Part shown: positions 38,929 through 49,364 of the stretch, piece by piece
Layout of the letters: the number at the start of each line of letters is the position of its first letter
Numbering within the stretch: the first letter of the stretch is position 1
DNA from: Candidatus Kaelpia imicola
GTDB lineage: Bacteria > Omnitrophota > Gorgyraeia > Kaelpiales > Kaelpiaceae
Assembly: GCA_030765505.1 (NCBI GenBank)
Contig: JAVCCL010000020.1
Location: forward strand, 28,538 to 92,537
DNA: 64,000 nucleotides
Direction of reading: 5' to 3'
Translations under genes and position numbers: made by a program
Notes under the pieces: generated by a model
Database searches by the model: none
The model's input: the letters and a program-made list of their open reading frames with translations, nothing else
Told to the model about the DNA's origin: nothing

Positions 38929-40647
38929 TTGCTTGATGTCAAAGTTTTAAAACTAAGATTTTTCCTCTTTTTACTTTTTGTTTTAATACTCGGAAAATTG
39001 GTTTACCTGCAGTTAATAAAAGGAGATCAGTTTTACCAGATAGCTCTGCAGCAACAGGAGAAATATTTGATAGTCAGAGGGGAGAGAGGTAAGATTTTCG
39101 ATTCTTGCGGCAGAGTTTTTGCTATGGATAGAAACATTTATTCAATATTTGCTGATCCAAACAGGGTATCTGATAAAAAAGCGGCTGCTATTAAAATAGC
39201 AGCTGTGCTTGGTATGGATTTTGAGTTAGTTTCAGAAAGATTGAATAAGGACTGCATGTTTATATGGCTTAAGAGGGGTTTAGAACATGGTAAGGCTCAA
39301 GAGTATCTTAAGGAGATTGACTTAAGCGGCTTGGGAATTAAAGTTGAGAGAAAAAGAGTATATCCTCACAATACTCTTGCTTCCCAGGTGTTGGGTGCAG
39401 TTGATATTGATAATAGAGGTATATCCGGTCTGGAGTTTCATTATAATGATATCTTAGAAGGGGCTGAAGGGTATAGGCTTACTTTAGGTGACGGGAAAAA
39501 TTTGATTCTAAGTGGGTTTACGACGACTTATATACCTCCTAAAAACGGTAATGCATTAGTACTTACAATAGATCAAGTCTTACAGCATTATGCCCAGGAA
39601 GAAGCCAGACAGATTTATGAGAAATATAAAGCCAAGAGGGTCTCTATTGTTATTATGGACCCTTACAAAGGAGATATACTCTCTCTTGTAAATATTCCAA
39701 CTTTTAACCCTAATAAGATAACCGATGCTGATTTAAGCAATATGAGAAATTTTGCTATTTCAGATCTTTTTGAGCCTGGTTCGGTTTTTAAAGTTATTAC
39801 AGCTGCTGCTCTTTTAGATCAAGGACTCCTAAGATTAGAGGATAGGGTTTATTGCGAGAATGGAAGTTATAAAATTGGTAGAAGAATATTACATGATTAT
39901 CATGCCTACGGAGATTTAGATTTTAAATCTGTAATAGTTTACTCAAGTAATATTGGGGTGGCAAAATCGGTAATAAAGATGGATAGATATGAATTCTATA
40001 AATATCTGAAGATTTTTGGTATCGGTGAACCTACAGGTATAGATCTGCCTGGGGAGTCTGGGGGTATATTGAGAGAGCCTGGCAGTTGGTCTGATTATAG
40101 CCAAGTATCTATTGCAATGGGTCAAGAGGTAGCTGTTAATTGTTTGCATCTTGGTAAGATTATGAGCATAATAGCTAATGGAGGCTATTCCGTGGAACCT
40201 CACATAGTCAAAGAGGTGAGGGATGAGAATGGGTTTAAAGTAAGAAGCATAAATCCTTCCAAGGGTGAGAGAATATTAAGTCCGGAGGTTGCAAAGGAGA
40301 TGCAGCTTCTATTGCAGGAAGCGGTTGAGAGTGGTACCGGCAGATATGCCAAAAGCAGCCTTTATAGTATAGCTGGTAAGACAGGCACAGCCCAAAAGGC
40401 TAACCTGAAAGACGGGGGATATTATAAGAATAGATATGTTGCTACATTCATGGGTTTTATTCCGGTTGAAGAGCCTAAGATTGTAATCGTGGTAACAGTG
40501 GATGAGCCTCAGCCTTTACATTTTGGAGGCGTAGTATCTGCTCCGGTGTTTAAAAATATAGCAGAGAAGGCAATGTTGTATTTAATGGTTTCTGAAAACA
40601 AGAGAGAGGTTTCTGATGCAGTTAAGCAGGGTTTTATCTGGAATTGA
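38929..40647 (+). CDS. ftsI: Peptidoglycan D,D-transpeptidase FtsI (class B PBP).
   Basis: N-terminal TM. PBP dimerisation domain. Transpeptidase motifs SVFK (GSVFKVIT), SSN (YSSNIG) and KTG (GKTGTAQ). Confidence 0.85.
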   Translation: MLDVKVLKLRFFLFLLFVLILGKLVYLQLIKGDQFYQIALQQQEKYLIVRGERGKIFDSCGRVFAMDRNIYSIFADPNRVSDKKAAAIKIAAVLGMDFELVSERLNKDCMFIWLKRGLEHGKAQEYLKEIDLSGLGIKVERKRVYPHNTLASQVLGAVDIDNRGISGLEFHYNDILEGAEGYRLTLGDGKNLILSGFTTTYIPPKNGNALVLTIDQVLQHYAQEEARQIYEKYKAKRVSIVIMDPYKGDILSLVNIPTFNPNKITDADLSNMRNFAISDLFEPGSVFKVITAAALLDQGLLRLEDRVYCENGSYKIGRRILHDYHAYGDLDFKSVIVYSSNIGVAKSVIKMDRYEFYKYLKIFGIGEPTGIDLPGESGGILREPGSWSDYSQVSIAMGQEVAVNCLHLGKIMSIIANGGYSVEPHIVKEVRDENGFKVRSINPSKGERILSPEVAKEMQLLLQEAVESGTGRYAKSSLYSIAGKTGTAQKANLKDGGYYKNRYVATFMGFIPVEEPKIVIVVTVDEPQPLHFGGVVSAPVFKNIAEKAMLYLMVSENKREVSDAVKQGFIWN

Positions 40648-42106
40648 TTTTCAATCCAGGAATTTTCAAGATTTAGATTTAAAAGGTATAAGTATTGATT
40701 CCAACAAAATTCAAAGAGATTTTATGTTTCTGGCTATTAAAGGTGAGGATAGAGATGGACATGATTTTATTTATCATGCTGTAGAGCGCGGGGCTTCGGT
40801 TATATTTGCAGAGGAAGGCAGGTTCAATGAGGTTGTTTTTTCCGGAAGAGTTATACTTGTCGAGGTAAAGGAGCCGAAGGCTGTTTTGGCAAAGGTAAGC
40901 TCTAATTTTTACCAGACTCCCGAAGGTTCGCTGTATATGGTAGGCATAACAGGGACAAACGGTAAAACCACTATAAGTTTTATCTTGGAACATATTTTTA
41001 AAAGAGCAGGATTAACTACTGGATTAATAGGTACTATCTGTTATAGGGTCGGCAATAGAGAGATTCCTGCTTTTAATACTACCCCCGATGCAATTACCGT
41101 TAGGAGGTATATCAGAGAGGTTGTGGATATATCGGGAGATGCGATATTTATGGAAACATCTTCTCATGGCCTTATTCAGGGTAGGCTTAAAGGGATAGGT
41201 TTTGATAGCGCTGTATTTACAAATTTAGATAAAGATCATCTTGATTACCATAGAGATATGGATAGTTATTACCAGGCTAAGAAGATTCTCTTTGAAGAAC
41301 TTTTAAAAAAAGATGGTTTTGGAGTTATAAATTTGGACGACCCTTACGGTAGGCGGTTATATAAAGATATTTCTCAGGAAAAAGTGAGTTATGGATTTTC
41401 TGAAGATGCAGATATATCAGTTTTAGATTATAAGTTGGATATTAAAGGCAGCTCTCTTAGAATTAAAATCTTTGGAGAAATATTTAATTTCAGTACCTCT
41501 ATGATTGGTATCCACAGCATATACAATATTCTAGCAGCTATTGGTATAGCCGTAAGGTATGGATTGGATAGAGATTCGGTTATCAATGCGATAGAATCTT
41601 TTAAAGGTGTCAGGGGAAGGATAGAAAGGGTGTTTGGGTCTTCCGAGGTCAAGGTCTTTATCGATTATGCCCATACTCCTAAAGCTTTAGAGGAGATGCT
41701 CAAGCTGTTTAAGGGTTTAAAGAAAAACAATCTCTGGGTTGTCTTTGGTTGCGGTGGAGATAGATATAAAGATAAAAGGTATCAGATGGGGCGTATTGCC
41801 TCTAGCCTAGCAGATAAGGTTATAGTTACAACTGATAATCCCAGAGGTGAGAACCCGTTTAATATTATAGAAGATATAAAAAAAGGATTAGGTCAATTGG
41901 GTTCTGATTGCTGCATAGTTCCCGACAGGAGAGAGGCTATAGAGAAAGCTATATATGGAGCGCAGAGAGACGACATAGTACTTATAGCTGGTAAGGGTCA
42001 CGAGAAGTATCAGTTGGTAGATAATCTGGTTATTCCTTTTGACGATAAGGAGGTAGCTCGAAAAGCTTTAGCCAGAAGGACTATGGAAAGAACGGCAAAT
42101 GTCTGA
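40616..42106 (+). CDS. murE: UDP-N-acetylmuramoyl-L-alanyl-D-glutamate--2,6-diaminopimelate ligase MurE.
   Basis: Mur ligase P-loop GITGTNGKTT. N-terminal IDSNKIQRDFMFLAIKGEDRDGHDF. C-terminal domain ending in DDKEVARKAL. 496 aa. Confidence 0.85.
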   Translation: MQLSRVLSGIDFQSRNFQDLDLKGISIDSNKIQRDFMFLAIKGEDRDGHDFIYHAVERGASVIFAEEGRFNEVVFSGRVILVEVKEPKAVLAKVSSNFYQTPEGSLYMVGITGTNGKTTISFILEHIFKRAGLTTGLIGTICYRVGNREIPAFNTTPDAITVRRYIREVVDISGDAIFMETSSHGLIQGRLKGIGFDSAVFTNLDKDHLDYHRDMDSYYQAKKILFEELLKKDGFGVINLDDPYGRRLYKDISQEKVSYGFSEDADISVLDYKLDIKGSSLRIKIFGEIFNFSTSMIGIHSIYNILAAIGIAVRYGLDRDSVINAIESFKGVRGRIERVFGSSEVKVFIDYAHTPKALEEMLKLFKGLKKNNLWVVFGCGGDRYKDKRYQMGRIASSLADKVIVTTDNPRGENPFNIIEDIKKGLGQLGSDCCIVPDRREAIEKAIYGAQRDDIVLIAGKGHEKYQLVDNLVIPFDDKEVARKALARRTMERTANV

Positions 42107-43499
42107 ACTATCCTATCCGGAGATTAGAGAGTATTTAAGTACCTTTCTATCGGATGCGAATAGAGAGAGATTTCCTGCCGCCGGTTTTTCAATCGATAGC
42201 AGGACTATTCAGCCAGGTGAAATATTCATTACACTTAAGGGTGCAAGCTTTGATGGTCACGACTTTATAGAAGAGGCTGTTTTAAAAGGAGCTCGGGGGG
42301 TAGTATATCAAGACAATAGCGCTATCGGTGATCTAAGAAAAAATGATAGATTATCTTTTTTTAAGGTCAATGATTCTTATAATTTTATATATCAACTGGC
42401 AAGGTATAAAAGAATCAAGTTTAAGTTTCCTATAATTGCAGTTACAGGCAGTAATGGTAAAACAACAGTCAAAGAGCTTACAGCTGCGTTTTTAAATTCC
42501 AAATTTTCTACTTACAGAAATTATCTTAATCAGAATAATCTTTTAGGTCTCTCTCTGAATATTCTCAACTGTAATTTTGATTATGATTATGCGATTTTTG
42601 AAATAGGGATTTCAAAAAAGGGTGAGATGGATATACTCTTAGATATATTGAAACCTGATCATGGACTGATTACCAATATATCTTCAGCCCATCTTGAATT
42701 TTTACGAAATGAAGAGAATGTTTTTAACGAGAAGGTGAAGCTATTTGAATTTTTGAAAAAAGGCGGGTTTGCTTTTTATTCTAAAGATCAGGATTGTTTT
42801 AAAAGTTTAGATAATAGGATAGAGGCTGGTCTTAGGTTTAAGACATTTGGTTTAAAAGAAGATAACGATTGCTGGCTAAGAGTAGATAAGGTAAATATAG
42901 ATGGTCTTAAGTTGAACTACAGAGATAGTTTTAGTTTAAATTCAAATTTGCTGGGATATAAAAACGGTTTCAATATATCTGCGGCAATCTCAGTTGCAAC
43001 GGAGCTTGGTATAGATTTAGATTCTATTGCCGGAGTTCTGTCTGAATTCAAACCTTTAAACGGTAGAATGAACTATGAAAAGTTTTCCAATATCGACATC
43101 ATAGATGATAGTTATAATTCTAACCCTCAGGCTTTGGCTGTAGCTTTAGAGTTTATTTCAAGCTTAGATTATAGCGGGTTAAAGATTGCAGTTTTATCTG
43201 ATATGTCAGAGTTAGGTAGAGTCTCAGATAAAAAACATTTAGAGGCAGGAATTTTTGCGGCTAATTTAGATATTGATTATTACTTCTGTTGCGGTTCTAA
43301 TATAAAACATTTTGTTCAGGGACTTAAGAGCAGAGGTTTTCCTGAGGAGCGGATTTTGTTTTTGGACCAACAAAGCTTAGTGAAAAATCTTGCGACGATT
43401 ATTAAAAATTCTAAAGAAAGCTCTATGTTATTTTTTAAAGCTTCTCATGGTATGCATATTGATGATATTATTAAAAAAGTCAAAGAGAGGATTATTTAA
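42099..43499 (+). CDS. murF: UDP-MurNAc-tripeptide--D-alanyl-D-alanine ligase MurF.
   Basis: Mur ligase P-loop AVTGSNGKTT. Three-domain architecture. 466 aa. Confidence 0.8.
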   Translation: MSELSYPEIREYLSTFLSDANRERFPAAGFSIDSRTIQPGEIFITLKGASFDGHDFIEEAVLKGARGVVYQDNSAIGDLRKNDRLSFFKVNDSYNFIYQLARYKRIKFKFPIIAVTGSNGKTTVKELTAAFLNSKFSTYRNYLNQNNLLGLSLNILNCNFDYDYAIFEIGISKKGEMDILLDILKPDHGLITNISSAHLEFLRNEENVFNEKVKLFEFLKKGGFAFYSKDQDCFKSLDNRIEAGLRFKTFGLKEDNDCWLRVDKVNIDGLKLNYRDSFSLNSNLLGYKNGFNISAAISVATELGIDLDSIAGVLSEFKPLNGRMNYEKFSNIDIIDDSYNSNPQALAVALEFISSLDYSGLKIAVLSDMSELGRVSDKKHLEAGIFAANLDIDYYFCCGSNIKHFVQGLKSRGFPEERILFLDQQSLVKNLATIIKNSKESSMLFFKASHGMHIDDIIKKVKERII

Positions 43500-43501
43500 A
43501 A

Positions 43502-44587
43502 ATGTTCTATAGGATAATTTACCCTTTAAAAGATATTTTTTTTGGTTTTAACCTTTTTAAATACATTACTTTTCGTTCAATCGTTGCATCAGGATGTTCT
43601 TTTTTTATCTTCATCCTCTTCTATCCAAAGTTTGTACAGTATCTAATTAAAAGAGGTTTGATTGAAAATGTGAAAAGGGAGAAATGCGAGAAGCTCTATA
43701 AGTACCATGTTCACAAAGAAGGTGTTCCCACCTCAGGCGGTATCCTGATAATATTCTCAACTATTATTGCTACCCTGGTTTTTGGGGATGTTTTAAATCA
43801 TTATGTACAGATTGCCTTGTTGGCTTTTCTCTCTCTGGGGGCTTTGGGTTACTGGGATGATATATCTAAAATTAAGAATCAGAAGAGAGGAATATCGAGA
43901 AGATCTAAGATATTAGTTCAATCTCTGGTAGGCGTTATTGTCGGAGGCTATCTCTATTTAAGACCGGATTACAGTCCGGCGTTAGAAGTTCCTTTTTTAA
44001 AAGATTTTATTTTTAACATCGGTATTCTCTATATCCTTTTTGTAGTACTTGTTATTGTAGCTACCTCTAACGCTGTAAACCTCACCGATGGTCTGGACGG
44101 TTTGGCTGTCGGTTCTGTCATAATAGCAGCAATTGCTTTTGCGGTAATGGCATATCTTGCCGGCCATTTTAAGCTGAGCCACTATCTTTTGATCTCTTAT
44201 GTAGAAGGATCTGGGGAGCTCGCTGTATTTCTATCTGCATTGGTAGGAGCTTGCTTTGGTTTTCTTTGGTATAATGCCTATCCGGCTGATATTTTTATGG
44301 GTGATAGCGGCTCTATGGCCTTAGGAGGTGCTATAGCCACTGTTGCAGTGGTTATAAAAAAAGAGCTTCTTCTGTTGATAATAGGAGGTCTCTTTGTAAT
44401 TGAAACCATCTCTGTTTTAATTCAGGTTTTAAGTTTTAAAACGCGGGGTAAGAGGGTTTTTTATTTTGCTCCAATACATCATCATTTTCAGATTAAAGGT
44501 TGGGCGGAGCCTAAAATAATAGTTCGCTTCTGGATTATAGCTATTCTTTTTGCTCTTTTGAGTTTACTTACTTTGAAGTTGAGATGA
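43502..44587 (+). CDS. mraY: Phospho-N-acetylmuramoyl-pentapeptide transferase MraY.
   Basis: PNPT superfamily motifs (NAVNLTDGLDGLA, MGDSGSMALGG, HHHF). 10 TM helices. 361 aa. Confidence 0.9.
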   Translation: MFYRIIYPLKDIFFGFNLFKYITFRSIVASGCSFFIFILFYPKFVQYLIKRGLIENVKREKCEKLYKYHVHKEGVPTSGGILIIFSTIIATLVFGDVLNHYVQIALLAFLSLGALGYWDDISKIKNQKRGISRRSKILVQSLVGVIVGGYLYLRPDYSPALEVPFLKDFIFNIGILYILFVVLVIVATSNAVNLTDGLDGLAVGSVIIAAIAFAVMAYLAGHFKLSHYLLISYVEGSGELAVFLSALVGACFGFLWYNAYPADIFMGDSGSMALGGAIATVAVVIKKELLLLIIGGLFVIETISVLIQVLSFKTRGKRVFYFAPIHHHFQIKGWAEPKIIVRFWIIAILFALLSLLTLKLR

Positions 44588-45846
44588 AATCGGAGAATAT
44601 TTTCTGTGTAGTAGGTCTGGGCAGGAGCGGGTATGCTGCCGCTCAGCTATTAAAGAGGAAAGGTTTTCGTGTTAAGGTAACTGAATCTTCAAATAGCAGG
44701 GAGCTAAAAAAAAAGGCTTCCTCTCTCCTGGAGTTTGATATTGACGTAGAACTTGGGGCGCATAATGAGGATTTTTATAGAGATGCTGCGCTATATATAC
44801 TCTCACCTTCTATCGACAATAGTAATCCGGTTTTAAAGTATGCCAAGAGTCATAATATTTCTGCGATATCAGAGATAGAGCTTGCTTGGATGTACTCTCC
44901 GGCCAAGGTTATTGCAATAACCGGAACAAACGGCAAAACATCAGTTTCGACCTACATTCACAGAGTTTTAAATAAAATGGGCTATTCAGCTGTTCTGGCA
45001 GGTAATGTAGGTATTCCATTCTCTTCTCTGGTATTAGATCTGAACAAAAATGATTTGGTTGTTTTGGAGCTCAGTTCTTTTCAGCTTGAATATACGGTTA
45101 ACTTCCATCCTTATATAGCTGTTCTTTTAAATATTTCCCAGGACCATTTAGATAGACATAAGAGCATGGATGATTATTCAGGAGCAAAGTTTAAGATTTT
45201 TTCTAACCAGAGTCCGGGTGATATTGCAATAGTTGATCTGTCTCAGAGAATGATTAAGGAGAGAGAGGATTCTATTTTGGCAAAGCTTGTGGATATTTCA
45301 GTTTTTAAATCTCCTGAGATGAGTCAGAATCAAAAAGCAGTCTATCTTATAGCTAAAGCTCTTGGGTTAGAAGATAGACGGCTACTCTCTGAGATTAAGA
45401 AACTTAAAAATTTAAATCACAGGGAAGAGAGTCTTGGTTATATAGCCGGAGTAAGTTTTATAAACGATTCTAAGGCTACAAACCCTGATGCTACTAAGTG
45501 GGCTTTGAGCAATATTGATTCCGATGTGGTTCTTATTGCAGGTGGAAGAGATAAGGATATTGATTTTAGAATAATTAAAGATGAAATCTCAAGCAAGGTT
45601 AAAGCTCTAATATTAATAGGCGAGACAAAAGAGAAGATAGCCAATACAATAGGTGTTTTTGTCGAAGTCGTAAAATTTGCCGACAATTTAAAGGATGCTG
45701 TTAATATATCACTGGAGGAGGCTTCTTCCGGCGATACGGTTTTGCTCTCCCCAATGTGTTCGAGTTTTGACATGTTTAAGAGCTACATAGAGAGAGGCAA
45801 TCTATTTAAAAGAATAGTAAGAGATTTACAGAGATGCAAAAATTAA
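44584..45846 (+). CDS. murD: UDP-N-acetylmuramoylalanine--D-glutamate ligase MurD.
   Basis: Rossmann N-terminus (VVGLGRSGYAAA). Mur ligase P-loop ITGTNGKTS. 420 aa. Confidence 0.85.
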   Translation: MKSENIFCVVGLGRSGYAAAQLLKRKGFRVKVTESSNSRELKKKASSLLEFDIDVELGAHNEDFYRDAALYILSPSIDNSNPVLKYAKSHNISAISEIELAWMYSPAKVIAITGTNGKTSVSTYIHRVLNKMGYSAVLAGNVGIPFSSLVLDLNKNDLVVLELSSFQLEYTVNFHPYIAVLLNISQDHLDRHKSMDDYSGAKFKIFSNQSPGDIAIVDLSQRMIKEREDSILAKLVDISVFKSPEMSQNQKAVYLIAKALGLEDRRLLSEIKKLKNLNHREESLGYIAGVSFINDSKATNPDATKWALSNIDSDVVLIAGGRDKDIDFRIIKDEISSKVKALILIGETKEKIANTIGVFVEVVKFADNLKDAVNISLEEASSGDTVLLSPMCSSFDMFKSYIERGNLFKRIVRDLQRCKN

Positions 45847-46925
45847 AATGGAGAGTTATTCTTTTAAGTTTTATTTTAATATCTGCTGGGGTTATATTCC
45901 TTTATAGTTCTTCAGGTATATATTCTGAGATGGTCTTTGGGGATAGTTTCTATTACCTGAAACGTCAATTGCTGTTTATATTTCTAGGCCTAATAGCTGC
46001 TATAGTTGCTTACAAGGTAGATCTTAATAAAGTTGCAAGCCATAGCAGGGGACTTCTTTTTTTTGGATTAGCGATTCTTCTCTCTGTTCTTTTTTTTGGC
46101 ATACGTGCTGGCGGTGCTAAGAGGTGGTTTAGGCTGGGTGGTTTTGGTGTTCAGCCTATAGAGTTTGTGAGGATAATATATATAGTCTATTTGGCAGCAT
46201 TTTTAGAGAGGAGAAGGTATCTTTACAAAAATTTTAGCAGAGTATGCTTTCCGGTCTACTCTATTACCGCTATTTTAATGTTGCTTCTGATACTACAGCC
46301 GGATTTCGGTAATGCTATCTTCATAGCTTTGATCAGCATCTCTTTGCTTTATTTTACGGGAATTCCTTTTAAATTTTTGTTTTACACCCTCATAGGAATT
46401 ATTCCTTTTATCTCTATAGCATTTTGGAAACTACCCTATTTAAAACTAAGGGTCTTGGGTTTTCTATCTCCCTGGCGTCATTCTGAGAGCATAGGTTTTC
46501 AGTTAATACAGTCTTTTATAGCTATAGGCTCAGGTAGATTATTTGGTCATGGACTGGGTCTATCGCGACAGAAACTATTCTATCTTCCTCAAGCACATAA
46601 TGATTTTATATTTTCAATAGTCGCAGAAGAACTTGGTTTTTTAGGAGCATTCTCTTTGCTTTTGGTTTATATTTTTTTGATTTGGAACTTTATCTCTATT
46701 TTAAGTAGAATAGAAGGGTTATTTAAAAGATTGCTGCTTACAGGATTGATTATCTCTTTTAGTTATCAGATAGTTATTAATGTTGGGGTCTGTTTAGGGT
46801 TGTTGCCGACCAAAGGTTTGCCCCTTCCTTTTATAAGCTATGGCGGCTCTTCTATGATAGCGAATATGATTCTAATTGGATTGATTTTAAATATAGCTAA
46901 GAGAGGGGGCAGTCTTAGTGAATAA
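45834..46925 (+). CDS. ftsW: SEDS-family peptidoglycan polymerase FtsW.
   Basis: 10-TM SEDS protein with conserved motifs (PDFGNA, LPLPFISYGGSS). 363 aa. Confidence 0.85.
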   Translation: MQKLKWRVILLSFILISAGVIFLYSSSGIYSEMVFGDSFYYLKRQLLFIFLGLIAAIVAYKVDLNKVASHSRGLLFFGLAILLSVLFFGIRAGGAKRWFRLGGFGVQPIEFVRIIYIVYLAAFLERRRYLYKNFSRVCFPVYSITAILMLLLILQPDFGNAIFIALISISLLYFTGIPFKFLFYTLIGIIPFISIAFWKLPYLKLRVLGFLSPWRHSESIGFQLIQSFIAIGSGRLFGHGLGLSRQKLFYLPQAHNDFIFSIVAEELGFLGAFSLLLVYIFLIWNFISILSRIEGLFKRLLLTGLIISFSYQIVINVGVCLGLLPTKGLPLPFISYGGSSMIANMILIGLILNIAKRGGSLSE

Positions 46926-46968
46926 TATTCTGTATTATTTGTTTTAAGCGGTAGATTGGAATTTATTT

Positions 46969-48009
46969 ATGAACAGAGAGAGTATTTTTCTATTTGCGGG
47001 AGGTAGCGGCGGGCATGTCCACCCAGCTTTAGTCTTAAAAAAAGATTTAGAGTCCCGGGGTCATAAAGCGATTTTATTTATAAGCAACTTTTCTCATTTC
47101 GAGGCGGAATCGGGAATTAGAAGTTTTAAAATATCTAGACTGAAACTATTGGCTTTGATTCAATCTCTCTATATGTTTAATTATCTCTTGGTATTCTTTA
47201 TTTTAAAGAATACCAGTGTTGCCGTAGGGTTTGGCGGATATTATTCATTGGCGGGAATAGTAGCCGCAAAGATTCTTGGGAAGAAGACTTTTATATATGA
47301 ACCCAACATGGCGCTGGGGCGGTCCAATAGAATATTAGCTTATTTTGTAGATAGGATTTTAGTTTTATGGCCAGAGATATCTTTAAAATCTAAGTTAGGG
47401 TTCAAGATTAGAAGAATCAGGCCTTTAATAAGAAGAGAGAGCAGCTTAGTTGTAAAAGATAAGAGATGGCCATTCTCTATTCTGTTTGCAGGCGGGAGTT
47501 CTGGCTCAATGTTTTTAAACAATCTTTTTACAGAGATTATTCAAGGTGGCTTTTTAAGAGGCCAAGACTTAAGGCTTGTTCTCATAACGGGAGATAAGTT
47601 TTACCGCAAAGTCAAAGAGAGAATTGACGGTTTGAATATTAACAACAATCTTAATGTAGAGGTTTATAGTTTTCGCAATGATATGGAAATTTTTCTTGAT
47701 GATTTTGATTTTCTTATTTCCCGTGCCGGAGCTCAGATTATAGTTGAATCAATCTTCTCTGAGCTTCCGACGCTCTATATTCCTTATCCTTACGCTAAAG
47801 AGCATCAGCTTGAGAATGCGAGAAATATGCTGAGTAAGAGAGGTTCTTTTCTTATCAGGCAGGAACTGGCAGATGTAGAAGTTGTTGCTGGTTTTACGAA
47901 ATATATAGCAAGAGATAGAGAGGGTCTGAATCGGGTAAAAGTTAAATTGAGGCAGCTTAAGGGCAATTTCGAAAAAGCGGACAGGTCTATCGATATTATT
48001 TTAAAATGA
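46969..48009 (+). CDS. murG: Undecaprenyldiphospho-muramoylpentapeptide beta-N-acetylglucosaminyltransferase MurG.
   Basis: GT28 N-terminal glycine loop (FAGGSGGHVHPAL). C-terminal ENARNML-type motif (HQLENARNM). 346 aa. Confidence 0.85.
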   Translation: MNRESIFLFAGGSGGHVHPALVLKKDLESRGHKAILFISNFSHFEAESGIRSFKISRLKLLALIQSLYMFNYLLVFFILKNTSVAVGFGGYYSLAGIVAAKILGKKTFIYEPNMALGRSNRILAYFVDRILVLWPEISLKSKLGFKIRRIRPLIRRESSLVVKDKRWPFSILFAGGSSGSMFLNNLFTEIIQGGFLRGQDLRLVLITGDKFYRKVKERIDGLNINNNLNVEVYSFRNDMEIFLDDFDFLISRAGAQIIVESIFSELPTLYIPYPYAKEHQLENARNMLSKRGSFLIRQELADVEVVAGFTKYIARDREGLNRVKVKLRQLKGNFEKADRSIDIILK

Positions 48010-49364
48010 ACAGGAAGACCTCGTATTATTTAATTGGTATCTGTGGTATAGGTATGAGTTCGCTGGCTCAGCTTATTCAAAGCAGAGGTTTTAAAGTTAG
48101 AGGTTCGGATGCAAGTCCTGATGTTTTAATAGAAAGAAAACTGAGCTCTTTAGGTATTGAAGTATATTTTTCCCATGAAGCTGGAAGAATCAGAGAGAGC
48201 GATATAGTTGTCTATTCGACGGCTGTAGGGAAGAGTAATCCTGAATATATCGAAGCTAAAGGGAAGAACTGCGTTCTACTGCACAGGACATCTGCTCTGG
48301 TTGAAATGCTAAAGGACAGAAAATCCATTGCTGTTACGGGGACTCATGGTAAGACTACAATGACATATCTTCTTGCCTCTGTTCTAAGAAACTATGGTTT
48401 TGACTCGGGAATGATTTTAGGAGGCATATCAAAAGAGATAAACAATAATTTTATTCCCTCTAATTCAAATTATATTTTGGAATTGGATGAGAGTGACAGA
48501 AGTTTTCAGATTTTAGATTCTGATTTAAAGGTATTTACCAGTTTAGGTAATGACCATCTTGAATTTTACAATAATGATTTCTCTGAATTAAAGAGAGAGT
48601 TCAGGTGTTATATGCAAAAAGAAGGAGTTAATATTATATCCGCAGATGATAATTATCTGGTAGAGCTGGCAGAGGCAAGCTCTCTAAAGTATCTTAGTTT
48701 CGGATTTGGACCTAAAGCTGATTATAGGGGTGAATTAGTGGATAAAGGAGATTTTTTCTCAAAGATAAAGCTTTATAAGAACGGTAGTTTTATAACTGAA
48801 TATACTTTGCCCCTTATAGGCTATAAGAATGCATCTAATAGTTTAGCAGTATTTGCTCTTGCTGATATCTTAAAATTAGACCTTTTAAAGATTGCAGAAT
48901 CTTTTTCGGGTCTCTCTGGTATTGAGAGAAGGTATGATCTGAAGTTTTGTTCTAAAGCTGTAACTCTTATGGAAGATTATGCCCATCACCCCAGAGAGAT
49001 AGAGGAAGCGATAAGGACAGTTAAGGAATATTTAAAACCGCCAAGGATTTTGGTCGTTTTTCAGCCTCATAGGTATACAAGAACAGAGATGCTCTGGGAT
49101 GATTATAAAACCTGTTTTAAGGGCGGAGATAAGATCTATATTAGCGATATCTATTCAGCTTTTGAAGAGGTTATCCCCAGCATAAATTCCGAGATGCTGG
49201 TTGAGAATATAGGGTCTTCTAATGTTAAGTATGCTAAGATAGATGAGATTGCAGACTTACTGTTAAATGAAGTTAGGGAGGGTGATATGATCCTTCTCTT
49301 AGGCGCCGGCGATATAAACAAGATTTCAAAGAGATTAAGCGAAGGGTTATCAAGCATTGAATAG
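48006..49364 (+). CDS. murC: UDP-N-acetylmuramate--L-alanine ligase MurC.
   Basis: YLIGICGIGMSSLA N-terminus. Mur ligase P-loop VTGTHGKTTMT. 452 aa. Confidence 0.85.
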   Translation: MNRKTSYYLIGICGIGMSSLAQLIQSRGFKVRGSDASPDVLIERKLSSLGIEVYFSHEAGRIRESDIVVYSTAVGKSNPEYIEAKGKNCVLLHRTSALVEMLKDRKSIAVTGTHGKTTMTYLLASVLRNYGFDSGMILGGISKEINNNFIPSNSNYILELDESDRSFQILDSDLKVFTSLGNDHLEFYNNDFSELKREFRCYMQKEGVNIISADDNYLVELAEASSLKYLSFGFGPKADYRGELVDKGDFFSKIKLYKNGSFITEYTLPLIGYKNASNSLAVFALADILKLDLLKIAESFSGLSGIERRYDLKFCSKAVTLMEDYAHHPREIEEAIRTVKEYLKPPRILVVFQPHRYTRTEMLWDDYKTCFKGGDKIYISDIYSAFEEVIPSINSEMLVENIGSSNVKYAKIDEIADLLLNEVREGDMILLLGAGDINKISKRLSEGLSSIE